The notes under the pieces were generated by a model that saw only the letters and a program-made list of their open reading frames with translations, had not been told where the DNA came from and searched no databases. This document shows positions 31,140-32,000 of a stretch of DNA of 32,000 nt, piece after piece. Origin of the DNA: Arthrobacter hankyongi (lineage in GTDB: Bacteria; Actinomycetota; Actinomycetes; Actinomycetales; Micrococcaceae); contig NZ_JAKLTQ010000009.1 of the NCBI RefSeq assembly GCF_022012395.1, positions 66,323-98,322 on the forward strand. The letters are read 5' to 3'. Each line of letters starts with the position of its first letter. Position 1 is the stretch's first letter. The position numbers were made by a program, and so were the translations under genes.

Positions 31140-32000
31140 TCAGTGCCTGACGGCCTGCAGCTTCAGCATCCGCGCGATCACCTTGTCCAGTTCGGAGTCG
31201 TCGAAGATTTTCTTCCAGTCGTCCTTGATGAGGGTGTCCCGGCCGTACTGGATAGCGATTTCGCACGCCTCGGAGAACGGGTTGGAGCCGCGCAGGGCGT
31301 TGGTCAGGGCAATCTGGACGTGGCCGAAGAGCATGGCCTTGGCGGCTTCCTCCGGGACCCCCACGGTGTGCACGGTTTCGTGCAGGGCTTCATTGAGCAG
31401 GGTGCCGATCATGCAGGCCACGGTTTCGACCAGGGTGGGTTCGAGCACGGCCAGCTGCTTGACGGTGACCCAGTGGACATCGATCACCGGCGCGTAGATG
31501 ACCCGGATCACGGCCTCGGCCCGGGCCCGCACGGCCTCGGCGACGTCCTCGTCGATGGCGGCCACGACGTTCTGCGGGGCGCCCTGGCCGCCGAAGGTGT
31601 CGGCCCATTCCTCCTTGGTGGTGCGTTCCAGGAACACGGACGGGTGGCAGGGATGGGCCACAGCCTGGACCACGTCCTCGCGCCGGGCCAGCAGGCCGGC
31701 GTAGGCGGCGGCCGGGTCCAGGGTGAGCAGGATGGCGCCGGACTTCAGCTGCGGCACGACGCCTTCGGACACGACGCCCAGGACGATGTCCGGGACGGCG
31801 AGGATCACGACGTCGGCGTCCTTGACGGCGTCGTCGGTGCCGGTGACTTCCCGGCCTTCGGCGCGCACACGCTCCTGCCCGGCGGGGGAGTTCTCGGCGT
31901 AGAACACGGTGTGGCCGGACTTCTGGAGGTTCGCGGACACGCGCATCCCCATCTTGCCTCCGGCTCCGATGACGGCGACGGTCAATTGTGCTGCGGACAT
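31140..32000 (-). CDS. NAD(P)-binding oxidoreductase (6-phosphogluconate-dehydrogenase-like / ProC-like fold)
   Basis: 286 aa. ATG sits at 32000..31998, exactly at the window edge. Rossmann motif VAVIGAGGKMGMRV, plus a helical C-terminal domain. Confidence 0.7.
   Translation of the reverse strand: MSAAQLTVAVIGAGGKMGMRVSANLQKSGHTVFYAENSPAGQERVRAEGREVTGTDDAVKDADVVILAVPDIVLGVVSEGVVPQLKSGAILLTLDPAAAYAGLLARREDVVQAVAHPCHPSVFLERTTKEEWADTFGGQGAPQNVVAAIDEDVAEAVRARAEAVIRVIYAPVIDVHWVTVKQLAVLEPTLVETVACMIGTLLNEALHETVHTVGVPEEAAKAMLFGHVQIALTNALRGSNPFSEACEIAIQYGRDTLIKDDWKKIFDDSELDKVIARMLKLQAVRH

Noticed and set aside
1-32000. CRISPR arrays, tandem repeats, IS elements or known defence-system genes
   Set aside because: Scanning both strands, I saw no regularly spaced direct repeats, transposase/integrase motifs, or nuclease/ATPase defence signatures. 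The only notable repeats are the isolated hairpins already reported.

Overview
This is a high-GC (roughly 70%) actinobacterial chromosomal segment. The taxon cannot be verified without a search. The high GC produces many long spurious antisense or run-through ORFs in the supplied track, so I re-derived gene starts from RBS and motif context.

Layout, left to right:
1. nsrR-hmp nitrosative-stress pair. hmp is cut by the window edge and is missing from the ORF track.
2. manB-type phosphomannomutase operon, ending in a 26-bp perfect hairpin.
3. RqlH-type RecQ helicase.
4. FecCD/FhuC-type ABC importer (binding protein, permease, ATPase).
5. A divergent conserved unknown gene whose C-terminus looks HypC-like.
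6. A ~0.7-kb zone of gene decay: a histidine-kinase 3' relic with frameshifts and an orphan membrane-protein tail.
7. A 9.4-kb single-strand operon for a group 1h/5 (Hhy-type, high-affinity, O2-tolerant) [NiFe]-hydrogenase. Gene order is hypA-hypB-hhyS-hhyL-hhyE, then three unknown genes, a 39-aa membrane micropeptide, the maturation protease, hypC and a disordered protein. A divergent HoxN/NixA nickel permease sits next to it.
8. A 2Fe-2S ferredoxin relic clipped at both ends.
9. A TetR-controlled divergon: an APH-like kinase fused to a class-III aminotransferase/phospho-lyase, plus an SDR, an APC permease and an amidohydrolase. This looks like an amino-alcohol (aminoacetone/1-amino-2-propanol-type) catabolic module without microcompartment genes.
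10. A membrane GGDEF cyclase, a small unknown gene, tRNA-Ser(GCU) and an NAD(P)-binding oxidoreductase.

No CRISPR array, transposase or integrase is visible. The most interesting material is:
- the translationally coupled block of unknown genes inside the hydrogenase operon;
- the kinase-lyase fusion cluster;
- the gene relics that bracket the hydrogenase/nickel module.

All functional calls rest on motif recognition by eye. No database search was possible.
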